A stretch of DNA of 64,000 nt from positions 17,732,001-17,796,000 of the forward strand of contig NC_082734.1 in NCBI RefSeq assembly GCF_030144855.1, in the 5' to 3' direction. Below the pieces are notes generated by a model that made no database searches, was not told the origin of the DNA, and saw nothing but the letters and a program-made list of their open reading frames with translations. Source of the stretch: Hypanus sabinus. Taxonomy: Eukaryota. The first letter of the stretch is position 1. Every line of letters begins with the position of its first letter. The position numbers and the translations under genes were made by a program. Positions 39,443-50,900 of this stretch are shown here, piece by piece.

Positions 39443-42010
39443 ATCATTCATTGTCTCACGGTCACAGACTTCCATCTGTGGGACTGAAACAGAGACGGTG
39501 TGTGTGGTGTGTCAGTCTCTGGTTCAGTGTTTGCTTTACTGAGTAACTTAGCAAAGGGAAAGTCACACGGGAAGTAATTTTTGTCACAGGAGTTCGCGTC
39601 GGAACCAAGTTTTTATTGACATGGTTTTCCATTTCAGCCCCACAGTGGTACACTACTAACTGTTAGTGTCAGAGACACGAGGGACTCTGTAGATGCTGGA
39701 ACTCTTGAGCAACACACACACAAAATGCTGCAGGAATTCAGAAGGTCGGGCAGCATCTATGGAGGGAAATAAAGAGTTGACATCTCGGGCCAAGACACTT
39801 TGTTGGGATCGGGGAAGAAATGTGTACCATCGAGTGTGCACATGGCCATAAAACCATAAGATACAGGGGCAGAATTGGGCCATTTGGCCCATTGAGCCTG
39901 TTCCGCTAGTTCATCATGGCTGATCCAATTTTCCTCCCACCCCCAATCTCCTGTCTTCTCCCCGTATCCCTTCATTTTCTGACCAATCAAGAATCTATCA
40001 ACCTCTGCCTTAAATATACATAAAAACTTGGCCTCCACTGTGGATCTCCACTATAGATTCACCACTCTCCAGCTAAAGAAATTCCTCTTCTCTGTTCTAA
40101 ATGGATGCCCTTCTATTCTGAGGCTGTGTCCTCTGGTCCTAGACTCTCACCATAGGAAACATCCTCTCCACATCCACTCTTATCAAGGCCTTCCACCATT
40201 TGATAGTTTCAATGAGGTCACCCCTCATTCTTCTGAACTCTAGTGAATACAGGCCCAGGGCCATCCTGGAGTCATTTTTGTGAAAAAAAAAAGGGGAAAG
40301 GATGAAGGGGTAGGGAAAATGGGAAAGGGGAGGAGAGAGAAGATGGGAGAACAAAGTGGGGATGGGAATGAGGGAATGGGAAAGAAACAGGACATGAAAG
40401 CCAAAGGGAACGATATTGGGGAAAAGAATGAGTGACGGGGAAAGAAGAGTGATAAAGTTGTGTAAGAGAGAGAAGAGTGCAGAGAAATGTGTTTCAGGTT
40501 GAGACCCTTCATCAGGACTCGTGCTAGTTTCCCTCCTATCCTTTACTCCACTATCATCTCTGATCAGATTCCTTCTTCCTGAGCTCGTTACCTCTTCCAC
40601 CTATCACCCTCTGCCCCCTTCCTTTCCTGTCCTGATGAAAGGTCTTTGCCCGAAAGTTGACTGTTTGTTCCCCTGCGTAGATGCCTCCGGACCTGCTGAG
40701 TTTGACCACTGTGGCTGTCTGCAGAGTGTTCACAGCCGAGATCAAACCTCAGACAACAAGGGGAAGGTGGGGGGATCTGGGGGTTTGTAGGACTGACGTG
40801 AGTGGGATGCTGGGTGATGGGGCAGACCCAGGAGGTTGTGGGGCCTGATGCTGCCTCTGGCAATGTTCTAATGGAAGGAGTAAAGGGCTCACAGAGAAGG
40901 AGAGGAAAGGAGGGGGAGGGCAGGAGAGAAAGATATCAGGAGGAAGTGTGAAATAAAGAGAAGATAAAGGAAAAGGCAGGAATGTGGTAGGTCAAAGGGG
41001 CTGGATGTATACAGTAGGGGGAGGGAGAGTGAAATGGAGAAGGCAGGGGAGAGGAGGGAGGACGAGGGGCAACAACAACTACAGCCAGCGGTGCAGAGAA
41101 ACCAGGCCTTTGGGCTGATAGAGCCAAGGGTATCAGTCTGGGACACAGTTTATTAGTGAGCAGGACAGGGAGAGGGAGATGGGTAGTGGGGTATCCAGCA
41201 GTGTTTTAGCCAGCCTGGTGCACTATATTGAGCTGTGGGGTCATCCCTTCCCTTGTGAGCAGCCTCTTGGGGTGGATCATGTACCCCAGCATGGAAAGCA
41301 GCCATTCAGCCCATCGAGTCTGCACAAGCTCTTTGTCAGTGGCCACTAGCTCGTTATCACCCCAGTCTCTAACCTTTGTGGTTTCAAACGCCTCCTCGCC
41401 ACCTTCGCTGTCCCAAGGAGGATAACTCCAACCTCAGTCCTCATCTACCGATCTGAAGGTTCTCGTTCCTGGAATCATCGTGGTATCTGTGGGACGTCTA
41501 CCAGTGAACAGAGCTGTGACTTTATTTTAAATGTTTGTTTAGTTTCAGTATTAAATTGCCTCCTTTCCCTTTTGCACTGATGACCATAGACACTGTACTC
41601 TGAAAGTCAGGTAAGTCGCCGCTTGGCCCTTTGAGCGTGCGACACAGGTCAATACAATAACTTCGATAAATTTCAATGAGAATCCCCCCCCCCCCCCCCA
41701 CCCTTCATTCTTCTAGCCCAGGGCCATCCTTCGCTCCTCATACGCTGACCCTTTCGTTCTTGGAATCTTTCTCGTGAACCGGCTCTGGGCCCTCTCCAAT
41801 GCCAGCAGTTTGCCACCACTGGTGCTCGTACGTTCTCCCCGTGACCACACGGATATCCTTGGGATGTTCCAGTTCCCTCCCGCATACCGAAGGCAAACAG
41901 GTTAGTGGTTAATTAGTCACATGGGTGTAATTGGGCAACAAGGGCCTGTTACCATGGTGTCTCCAAATAAGACGAAAGCTCGTGGTACAGGAGGCAGTGT
42001 TGGTGCAGAG

Positions 42011-42091
42011 CAGGGCTTCCCAATCTTGTTTATGCCACGGACCAATACCATTAAGCAAGTGGTCCATGGATCCCCAGGTTGCGAACCCGTG
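42011..42091. mobile_element. About 80-bp hAT-type MITE (other copies 2945-3025 and 28591-28652)
   Basis: CAGGG..TTCCCAA / TTGGGAACC..CTG-type TIRs; degenerate 8-bp TSDs GTGCAGAG/GCGTAGAG, ATTTAGAC/ATTTAAAC, TTGTAAAG/TTCCAAAG. Confidence 0.65.
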
Positions 42092-42344
42092 GCGTAGAGG
42101 AAAACAGGCTTCAGGAAACAGAGTGTATAACGGAGTTTCTCTACGTGGCATGACATTAACATCGTGCCACACAGAGTGTGGGGTGACATGACTGAGGGCT
42201 TTTGACAGGGTGGGGAGGTGGAGAGACTTATCTCTGATGGATGCATCCAGAAACAACGTCACGGTTTCAAAATGAGTTGGCCATTTAACACGTAAATTGA
42301 GGGTTTTAAAAAAATCTCAGGATTCTGATTTTTTGGAGCTTTAA

Positions 42345-43145
42345 GAGGTAGTGGACAGAGGGCTGAGGAAGCAGAGAGGCTACAGAAGGACTTAGATTGG
42401 GAGAATGGACAAAGAAATGGCAGATGGAATGTGTCGGGAAGTGTACGGTCATGCACTTCGGTAGAAATGCGTAAACTATTTTCTAAATGGAGAGAAAATT
42501 TTTAAAAATCCGAGGTGCAAAGGGACTTGGGAGTCCTTGTGTGGGATTCCCCAAAGGTTAATTTGCTGGCTGAATCAGTGGTGAGGAAGGCAAATGCAAT
42601 GTTAGCATTCACTTCGAGAGGACTAGCAAGTCTGTAATGTTGAGACTTTCTAAGGCACTGGTGAGGCCTCACTGGAGTATTGTGAGCAGATTTGGGATGT
42701 GTTGACTTTGGAGGGGCTTCAAAGGAGGTTCACGAAGATGATTCCAGGATTGAAAGGCTCATCATATGAGGAGTGTTTTATGGTTTTGGGCCTGAACTCA
42801 CTGGAATTCAGAAGAATGAGGGGGGATCTATCAGATGTTGAAAGGATGGTTCCTCTGGTGAGGGAGTCTAGGGCCAGAGTACAGCATCAGGATAGAAGGA
42901 CGTCCATTAGAATGGAGATGAGGAGAAGTTCTTTAGCCGGAGAGTGGTGAATCTGTGGCATTTGTTGCCACGGAAGGCTGTGGAGGCCGAATCATTGGGT
43001 ACATTTAAGGGAGGGGTTGATAGATTCTTGATTGGTCGGGGCATGAAGGGATACGGGGAGAAGGCAGGAGGGGGAAAGTGGATCAGCCGCGAGGAAATAG
43101 CGGAGCAGACTCGACGGGCCAGATGCCCTAATTCTGCTCTTATGG
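42345..43145 (+). mobile_element. CR1 3' fragment
   Basis: RT C-terminal remnants (QRRFTKMIPG, VVNLW) and CR1 3' UTR. Confidence 0.8.
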
Positions 43146-44065
43146 GCACAGAGATTTTTCATATTTTTATGGAGGAATTGGATGGAAAAGAGGAGAAATA
43201 AATATGGAGGGCTCTGGGAGGGAAGAGTGATTGATCTTGGAGTAGGTTAAAAGGTTGGCACGACATGGCGGGCCAAAAGGTCTATACTGTTCTGTATTTT
43301 TCTATGTTCTATGATTCTTGGCAAGTGAGAGGGTGAAAGGTGGAACAGGTATCTAGACCTTACTGAATGGTGAGAGATGAGAAGGGCAGCTCTGCACTGT
43401 TTGTAAGTACACTTCTTGCATTTACATCCATATGTGGTGAATCTACATAGCCTGAAAATCCTCCTCTTTCTCTTTCTGATGCAACTTACCTCTCCCAAAC
43501 CCACTGCTCCTGTGATCCTCCTGAGCCCATTGTCTAGAGGTTGGTTACGGCCTCTTGGGCTAGAGGCCGCCTCTTTCAGAACTGGCCCAGTGCCCTACCC
43601 ATGGCCCACCTCTCCAGCCATGTGTATACGAGTATAGTCCGCTGTTTTTCCGTGGCACGGTGAGTGAAGTCCGGCTTAGTAATCTATTGCCGAAACCCTG
43701 AACCTCTCCCTGCAAGTTGTGCACCCACAGACCACTAGCAGAGGATGCAAACGTCCTCCTTCAGAATTCTCTGCATCAGGGAGGACACAAGCCATCCAAC
43801 AACTACATCCACAGACACCCCCATCTGCTCTTCTTCAATTCGCTGGGGACTAACTGTGTACGTCAGTGAGCAGGGCAGTGAGTGATGTGTTGTGCTCACT
43901 AGTGAACTGGGCAGAGAGAGCTGTGTTTTGTGCTCACTTGTGACCAGGGCAGTGAGTGTGTTATGTATTCACCAGTGAGCAGGCAATGAATGGTGTATGT
44001 GTGTTCTCTAGAGAGTGGAGCAATGAGTGGTGTAGTGTGCTCACTAGTGAAATGGGCACTCCACA

Positions 44066-46694
44066 GGGAGCCCCATAGTCAGGGGTACAGACAGGAGATT
44101 CTGTGGTCATGACAGAGACTCGTGTGATGGTTTGTTGCCTCCCGGGTGCCAGGGTCAGGGATGTCTCTGATTGCATGCACAGCATTTTGAAGTGGGAGGG
44201 TGATCAGCCAGATGTCGTGGTACCAATGACATAGGTAGAAAGAGTCAGGAGGTCCTGAAGAGTGAGTACAGAGAGCTTGGTAGGAAGTTGAAAAACAGGA
44301 CCTCGAGGGTAGTAATCTCTGGATTGCTGCCTGTGCCACGTGCCAGTGAGGGTTAGAATAGGATGTTCTGGCAGATGAACACATGGCTGAGAAACTGGTG
44401 TAGGGGGCAGGGTTTCAGATTTCTAGATCATTGGGACTTCTTCTGGGGCAGGTGGGACCTGTACAAGAGAGATGGGTTACACCTGAACTACAAGGGGACC
44501 AATATACTTGCAGGGAGGTTTGCTAGTGTTATTGGGGAGGGTTTAAACTAGATTTGCAGGGGGATGGGAACCAGAGTGCCAGAGTAGATAGTGGAATGGG
44601 GGTAAAAATACATGATGTTAGTAGTTCATGCAAAGTCATAAATAGTAAGGTTGTGTGTGCTGGTAATAATCTTCTGAGGTGTGTATATTTCAATGCAAGG
44701 AGTATTGTGGGAAAGACGGATGAGCTGAGGACCTGGATTGACACATGGAATTATGATATCATAGCCATTACTGAAACTTGGCTACAGGAGGGGCAGAACT
44801 GGCAGCTCAATGTTCCAGGGTTCCGATGTTTCAGATGTGATAGAGGCAGAGGGATGGGGGGGTGGGGGTGGCTTTGCTAGTCAGGGAAAATATTACAACA
44901 GTGCTTCGGCAGGAAAGATTAGAGGGCCTGTCTACTGAGGCCATATGAATGGAGCTGAGAAACAGGAAAGGTATGACCACATTAATAGGGTTGTATTATA
45001 GACCACCCAATAGTCAGCGAGAATTGGAGGAGCAAATCTGCAGAGAGATAACAGACAACTGCAGGAGACAGAAAGTTGTGATTGTAGGGGATTTTAATTT
45101 TCCACACATTGACCGGGACTCCCTTAATGTTTAAAGTCTTGATGGGTTAGAGTTTGTGAAATGTGTTCAGGAAAGTTTTCTAAATCAATATATAGATGTA
45201 CCAACTAGGGAGGATGCAATATTAGACCTCCTATTAGGAAATGAGTTAGGGCAGGTGCCGGAGGATTGGAGGATAGCTCATGTAGTTCCATTGTTTAAAA
45301 AAGGCTCAAAAAGTAAGCCGGGAGATTATAGGCTGGTAAGTTTGACATCGGTAGTAGGTAAATTATTGGAAGGAATACTAAGAGATAGGATCTACAAGTA
45401 TTTGGATAGACTTATTAGAAACAGTCAGCATGGCTTTGTGTGTGGTAGGTCATGTTTAACCAATCTATTAGAGTTTTTCGAGGAAGTTACCAGGAAAGTG
45501 GATGAAGGGAAGGCAGTGGACTTCAGTGAGGCCTTTGACAAGGTCCCGCATGGGAGGTTAGTTAAGAAGATTCAGTCGCTAGGTATACATGGAGAGGTAG
45601 TAAATTGGATTAGACATTGACTCAATGGGAGAAGCCAGAGAGTGGTAGTGGAGGATTGCTACTCTGAGTGGAGGCCTGTGACTAGTGGTGTGCCACAGGG
45701 ATCAGTGCTGGGTCCATTGTTATTTGTCATCTATATCAATGATCTGGATGATAATGTGGCAAATTGGATCAGCAAATTTGCTGATGATACAAAGATTGGA
45801 GGTGTAGTGGACAGTCAGGAAGTTTTTCAAAGCTTGCAGAGGGATTTGGACCAGTTGGAGGAATGGGCAGAAAAATGGCAGATAGAGTTTAATGCAGATA
45901 AGTGTGAGGTATTGCACTTCGGAAGGTCAAACCAAGGTAGAACATACAAGGTAAATGGTAGGACACTGAGGAGTGCAGTAGAGCAGAGGGAGCTGGGAGT
46001 ACAGATACATAATTCCCTAAAAGTGGCATTACAAGTAGATAGGGTTGTAAAGAGAGCTTTTGGTACATCGGCCTTTATAAATCAAAGTATTGAGTATAAG
46101 AGTTGGAACGTAATGGTGAGGTTGTATAAGACATTGATGAGACCGAATTTGTAGTATTGTGTGCAGTTTTGGTCACCTAATTACAGGAAGGATATTAATA
46201 AGGTTGAAAGAGTGCAGAGAAGGTTTACAGGGATGTTGCTGGGACTTGAGAAACTGAGTTACAGAGAAAGGTTGAGTAGGTTAGGACTTTATTCCCTGGA
46301 GTGTAGGAGAACGAGGGGTGATTTGATAGAGGTATATAAAATTATGATGGGTATAGATAGAGTGAATGCAAGCCAGCTTTTTCTACTGAGGTTAGGGAAG
46401 AAAAAACAGGACATGGGTTAAGGGTGAAGGGGGAAAAGTTTAAAGGGAACATTGGGGGGGAGGGCTTCTTCTCACAGAGAGTGGTGGGAGTGTGGAATGA
46501 GCTGCCAGATGAAGTGGTGAATGCGGGCTCACTTTTGACATTTAAGAAAAACTTGGACAGGTACATGGATGAGAGGTGTATGGACGGATATGGCCCAGGT
46601 GCAGGTCAGTGGGACTAGGCAGAAAAATGGTTCGGCACAGCCAAGAAGAGCCAAAAGGCCTGTTACTGCACTGTAATGTTCTGTGGTTCTATGG
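44066..46694 (+). mobile_element. CR1 LINE, 5'-truncated and internally deleted, decayed
   Basis: SGNH esterase ORF1 remnant (CCLPGARV, DGLHLN); APE endonuclease (YFNARS, AITETW, GDFN); RT ([14 protein letters not shown]); CR1 3' tail TTCTGTGGTTCTATGG; several stops and frameshifts. Confidence 0.93.
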
Positions 46695-46696
46695 CA

Positions 46697-47385
46697 AAGA
46701 GGTGTGTTGTGCATTCACTTGTAACCAGGGCAGTGAGTGGTATGTTGAGTGCTCACTAGTGACCAGGGCAGTGAACAATGTGTTCCCTTTTTTACTAGTG
46801 AGCAAGGCAGAAAGCAGTGTGCCACCTGTTCAACAGCAAGTTGTTGTTTGTGTGGACACTAGTAAACACTAGTGAAGTGAGTGTTGCGTGCTCATCAGTT
46901 AGTGGCGCAGAGAATTGTGTGTTGTGTATTCACCACTGAGCAGGAAGTGAGAGGTGTGTGTATACACTAGTGAGCAGGAAGTGAGAGGTGTGTTATGTGT
47001 TTACTAGTAAGTGGGGCATTGAGCTGTGGTGTTTACTAGCAGGTAAAGCTGTGAGCAAAGTGTTCTGTGTTCACCAGTATCAGGGCAGTGAGTGGTGTGT
47101 GTTCACTCATGAGCAGGACAGTGAATGGTGTGTCATGTCTTCATTAATGAGCAGGGCAGAGAGAAGCTTTTTGTATGTTCATAGCTGGGCAATGTGCCAT
47201 GTGTTACAGGTTCACTAGTGAGCCGAGAGTGAGTGGTGTGTAATGTATTGAATAGTGAGCAGGGATGTGAATTGTGTGTTGACTAGTGAGCAGGGATGAG
47301 AATTGTGTATTGCCTAGTGAGCAAAGATGTGAATTGTGTTGCCTAGTGAGCAGGGCAGTGTGTGGTACTTTGTGTGTTCACCAGA
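46697..47385. repeat. Degenerate ~30-45-bp satellite (continues at 43860-44055 on the other side of the CR1)
   Basis: Recurrent CACTAGTGAGCAGGGCAGTGAGTGGTGTG core. Confidence 0.75.
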
Positions 47386-47512
47386 GAATGGTTACAAAGG
47401 ACTGCTGAGGCTGTAGTTTGGAGATGACATGAGGCGACAGGAGAGGCATGCCGGAGTAGATTGGGAGTTTGCCCTTCTCAGCCTAATTGAGTTGGAGTTC
47501 ACCGTTCTCAGG

Positions 47513-47910
47513 TTAATTGAGTTGGGGTTCGTTGTTTTCAGGCTGCTCGTCCCTGTGTAACTGTTCATATTTCTGCTCCTCCTGTCCCTCTATGGGTCCT
47601 GCCTCAGCTCTATCCTCCACCATGACTTCATTGTGGCCTTCCCTCTCACTCTCCCTCACTGCGTTTGACCTCTGGTCCCGGGACCCTCCGCTTGGCGGGC
47701 TGCCCTCCTCTCTCCCTGCGCCCCCTGCCCCCACCGACACTTCTCCCAGAACCACTCCCTCCTCCTCCGTCATCCCCTCCTGCTCGCGGGGCGGCTCCTG
47801 TTTGAGGCAGAAGCGGAAGGCTCCCACCAGGATGAAGGCTGAGAGGATGAGTTCCGCCCCCGCCATGTAGAAGACGAGCTCATAGCTCTTGAACGTGTCG
47901 ACCAGGCGTC
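47513..47910 (-). CDS. SLC16A8: SLC16A8 coding exon 4 (RLVDTFKSY...EPQLN*)
   Basis: gtgtag| acceptor; last TM helix plus acidic cytoplasmic tail; TAA stop. Confidence 0.92.
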
Positions 47911-50900
47911 CTACACGGAGAGACAAGCAGAGAAGCCGGACTTTAGAAACATTCTCCTTCGTCTCCTCCTGCCAAAAATCACTGGGATCCTCGTTGTGTG
48001 TGTGTGTGTGTGTGTGTGTGTATGAATGTCTGACAGGTATGTGTCCCTGTGTATGTCAGTTGCGTGTGTTGATGTGTGTGCGAGATCTGCATTTCAGTGT
48101 TTGTGTCCGTGTGTGGGAGACAAGTGTGTGTCAGTATCTGTGTGTGTTGGTGTCTGCATATCAATATTTACATGCCTGTGTGTGCTAATGTGTGTATTTT
48201 AGTGTTGTGCATATCTATGTGTTGCACACGTGTGTGTCAGTGTGGGCATGTCTGCGTGTGTATGCCGATACCTATGTGCGTGCGTGTGTGTGTGTCTCCG
48301 TGGATGTCAGCGTATGTGTGTCTTCGCGCACACTGTGTGCTTGGAGATGTGAGAGACTACAATCATGGGATCTGGAGCAAAAGGAAACTGCTGCAGGAAC
48401 TCAGCAGGTCAGGCAACATCTACGGAGGGAAATGGCCAGTTGACATTTTGGGGTCGAGATCCATCATCTGGACTGGAAGAGTAGAGGCTGGTGCATGTGG
48501 GTCCATTAGACATAGGAGCAGAATTAGGCCATTCAGCCCATCGAGTCTGATCGGCCATTCCATCATGGCTGATCCCGGATCCCACTCAACCCCATACACC
48601 TGCCTTCTTGTCACATCCTTTGATGCCCTGACCCTTCAGGAAACAGTCAACTGCAGCCTTAAATATACCCACAGGCTTGGTCTCCACCACAGTCTGTGGC
48701 AGAGCATTCCACAGATTCACTACTCTCTAGGTAGAAACAAAAATCCTCCTTGCATCCGTTCTAAAGGGTTGCCCCTCAGTTTTGAGGCTGTGCCCTCTAG
48801 TCCTGGATACCCCCTCCATAGGAAACATCCTCTCCACATCTATCCTATCCAGTCCTTTCAACATTTGGTAGGTTTCAATGAGATCCAAATTCTTCTGAAT
48901 TCCAGTGAGTACAGGCCCAAAGCTGCCAAACAGTCCATATATGTTAACCCTTTCATTGCTGGAACTATCCTCGTGAATCTCCTCTGGACTCTCTCCAATG
49001 ACAACACATCCTTTCTGAGATATGGGGCCCAAAACTGTTGACAATACTCTAAGTGCAGCCTGACTAGTGTCTTATAAAGGCTCAGCATTATCTCCTTGCT
49101 TTATATTCTATTTCCCTTGAAATAAATGCCAACATTGCATTTGCCTTCTTTATCACAGACTCAACCTGTAAATTAACCTTCTGGGAGCCTTACATAAAGA
49201 TTCCCAAGTCCCTCTGCACCTTTGATGTTTAAACCTTCTCCCCATTTAGATAATAGTCTGCACTATTGTTCCTTTTACCGAGATGCATTATCATACATTT
49301 CCCAACACTGTATTCCATCTGCTACATTTTTGCCCATTCTTCCAATTTGTCTAAGTCCTGCTGCAATCGCATTGCTTCCTCAGCACTACCTGCCCCCTCC
49401 ACCTATCTTTGTATTATCTGCAAATTTTGCCACAAAGCCATCAATTCCATTATCCAACTCATTAACAAACAATGTGAAAAGCAGTGGTCCCAATACTGAC
49501 CCCTGAGGAACACCAGCAGCCAACCAGAAAAGGCCCCTTTTATTCCCACTCGCTACCTCCTCCCTGTCACTCATTCCATTGTCCAGTATATCTCCTGTAA
49601 CACCTCATCTTGTTAAGCAGCCTCATGTGTGGCACCTTATCAAATGCCTTCTGAAAGTCCAAGTAAATGACATCCACTGCTCCTCTTTTGTCCACCCTGC
49701 CTGTTACTTCCTCAAAGAACTTTTAACAGATTTGTCAGGCAAGATATCCCTTTACAGAAACAAATGCTGACTTTGACTTATCATTAGTCTCCAAGTACCC
49801 TGAAACCTCAACCTTCATGGTGGACTCCAACCACTGAGGTCAGGCTAACTGGACTTTAATTTCCTTTCTTTTGCCTTCCTCCCTTCTTAGAGTGGATTGA
49901 CATTTGCAATCTTCCAGTCCTCTGGGACCATGCTCCCTGACACTCATGCTGCTAGTGTCTTCTACAGTGAAGACAGATGCAAAGTGCCCATTAAGTTCAT
50001 CTGCTATTTCTTTGTCCCCCATTACTAACTCACCAGCATCATTTTCCAGTGGTCCAATATCAACTCTCACCTCCCTTTTTTCCTTTATTTAACTCAAAAA
50101 CTTGGTATCCGGCTTTATATTATTGGCTAGTCTGCCTTCATATTTAATCTTTTCCCTTCTTGTAGCTTTTTTAGTTGCCTTTTGTTGGATTTTAGAAGTT
50201 TCCTAATCATCCAACTCCCCACTCACTTTTGCTACCTTATATGCCATTTCCTTGGCATTTATGCAGTCCTTAACTTCCTTTGTCAGCCACAGTTGCCTTC
50301 ACCTAAAATTTGAGAACTTCTTCCTTGGTGGGGCATATCGATCCTGCGCATTCTGAACTATTCCCAAAAACTTCAACCATCTCTGCTCTGCGTCATTCCC
50401 ACCAGTATCCCCCTCCAATCCACCTGGGCAAGCTCCTCTCTCATGCCTCTGTAATTCCCTTTATTCCATTGCAATACTGATGCATGCAAGTTATGCTTCT
50501 CCCTCTCAAAATGCAGATCATATTATGATCACTGCCTCCTAAGGGTTCCTTTACATTAAGCTCCCTAATCAGATCTGGATTATTACACAACACTCAATCT
50601 AAGATAGGACTTCCCCAAGTAGGTTCAAGCACGAGCTGCTCTAAAAAGCCATCTCCTAGGCATTCAACAAATTCCCTCTCATGCAATCTGACATCAACCT
50701 GATTGTCCCAATCCCCTTGCATACTGAAGTCCCCCATTATAATTGTGTCATTATCCTTGCCACATGCCTTTTCCAGCTCTCTTTGCAATCTCAACCCCAA
50801 ATCTTAGCTTCTCCTTGGTGGCCTATATATGATTCCCATTATGCTTTTTTTTAAACCCTTGCAATTTTTTAACTTCACTCACAAAGATTCAACATTCTCT

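Noticed and set aside
44066-46694. Active or domesticated reverse transcriptase gene
   Set aside because: It has multiple stops, frameshifts, 5' truncation and internal deletions, so it is a dead CR1 copy.
48076-49041. 321-aa Cys/Val-rich ORF
   Set aside because: It runs through a GT-rich low-complexity tract, a Penelope tail and the antisense strand of a CR1, with no coherent domain.
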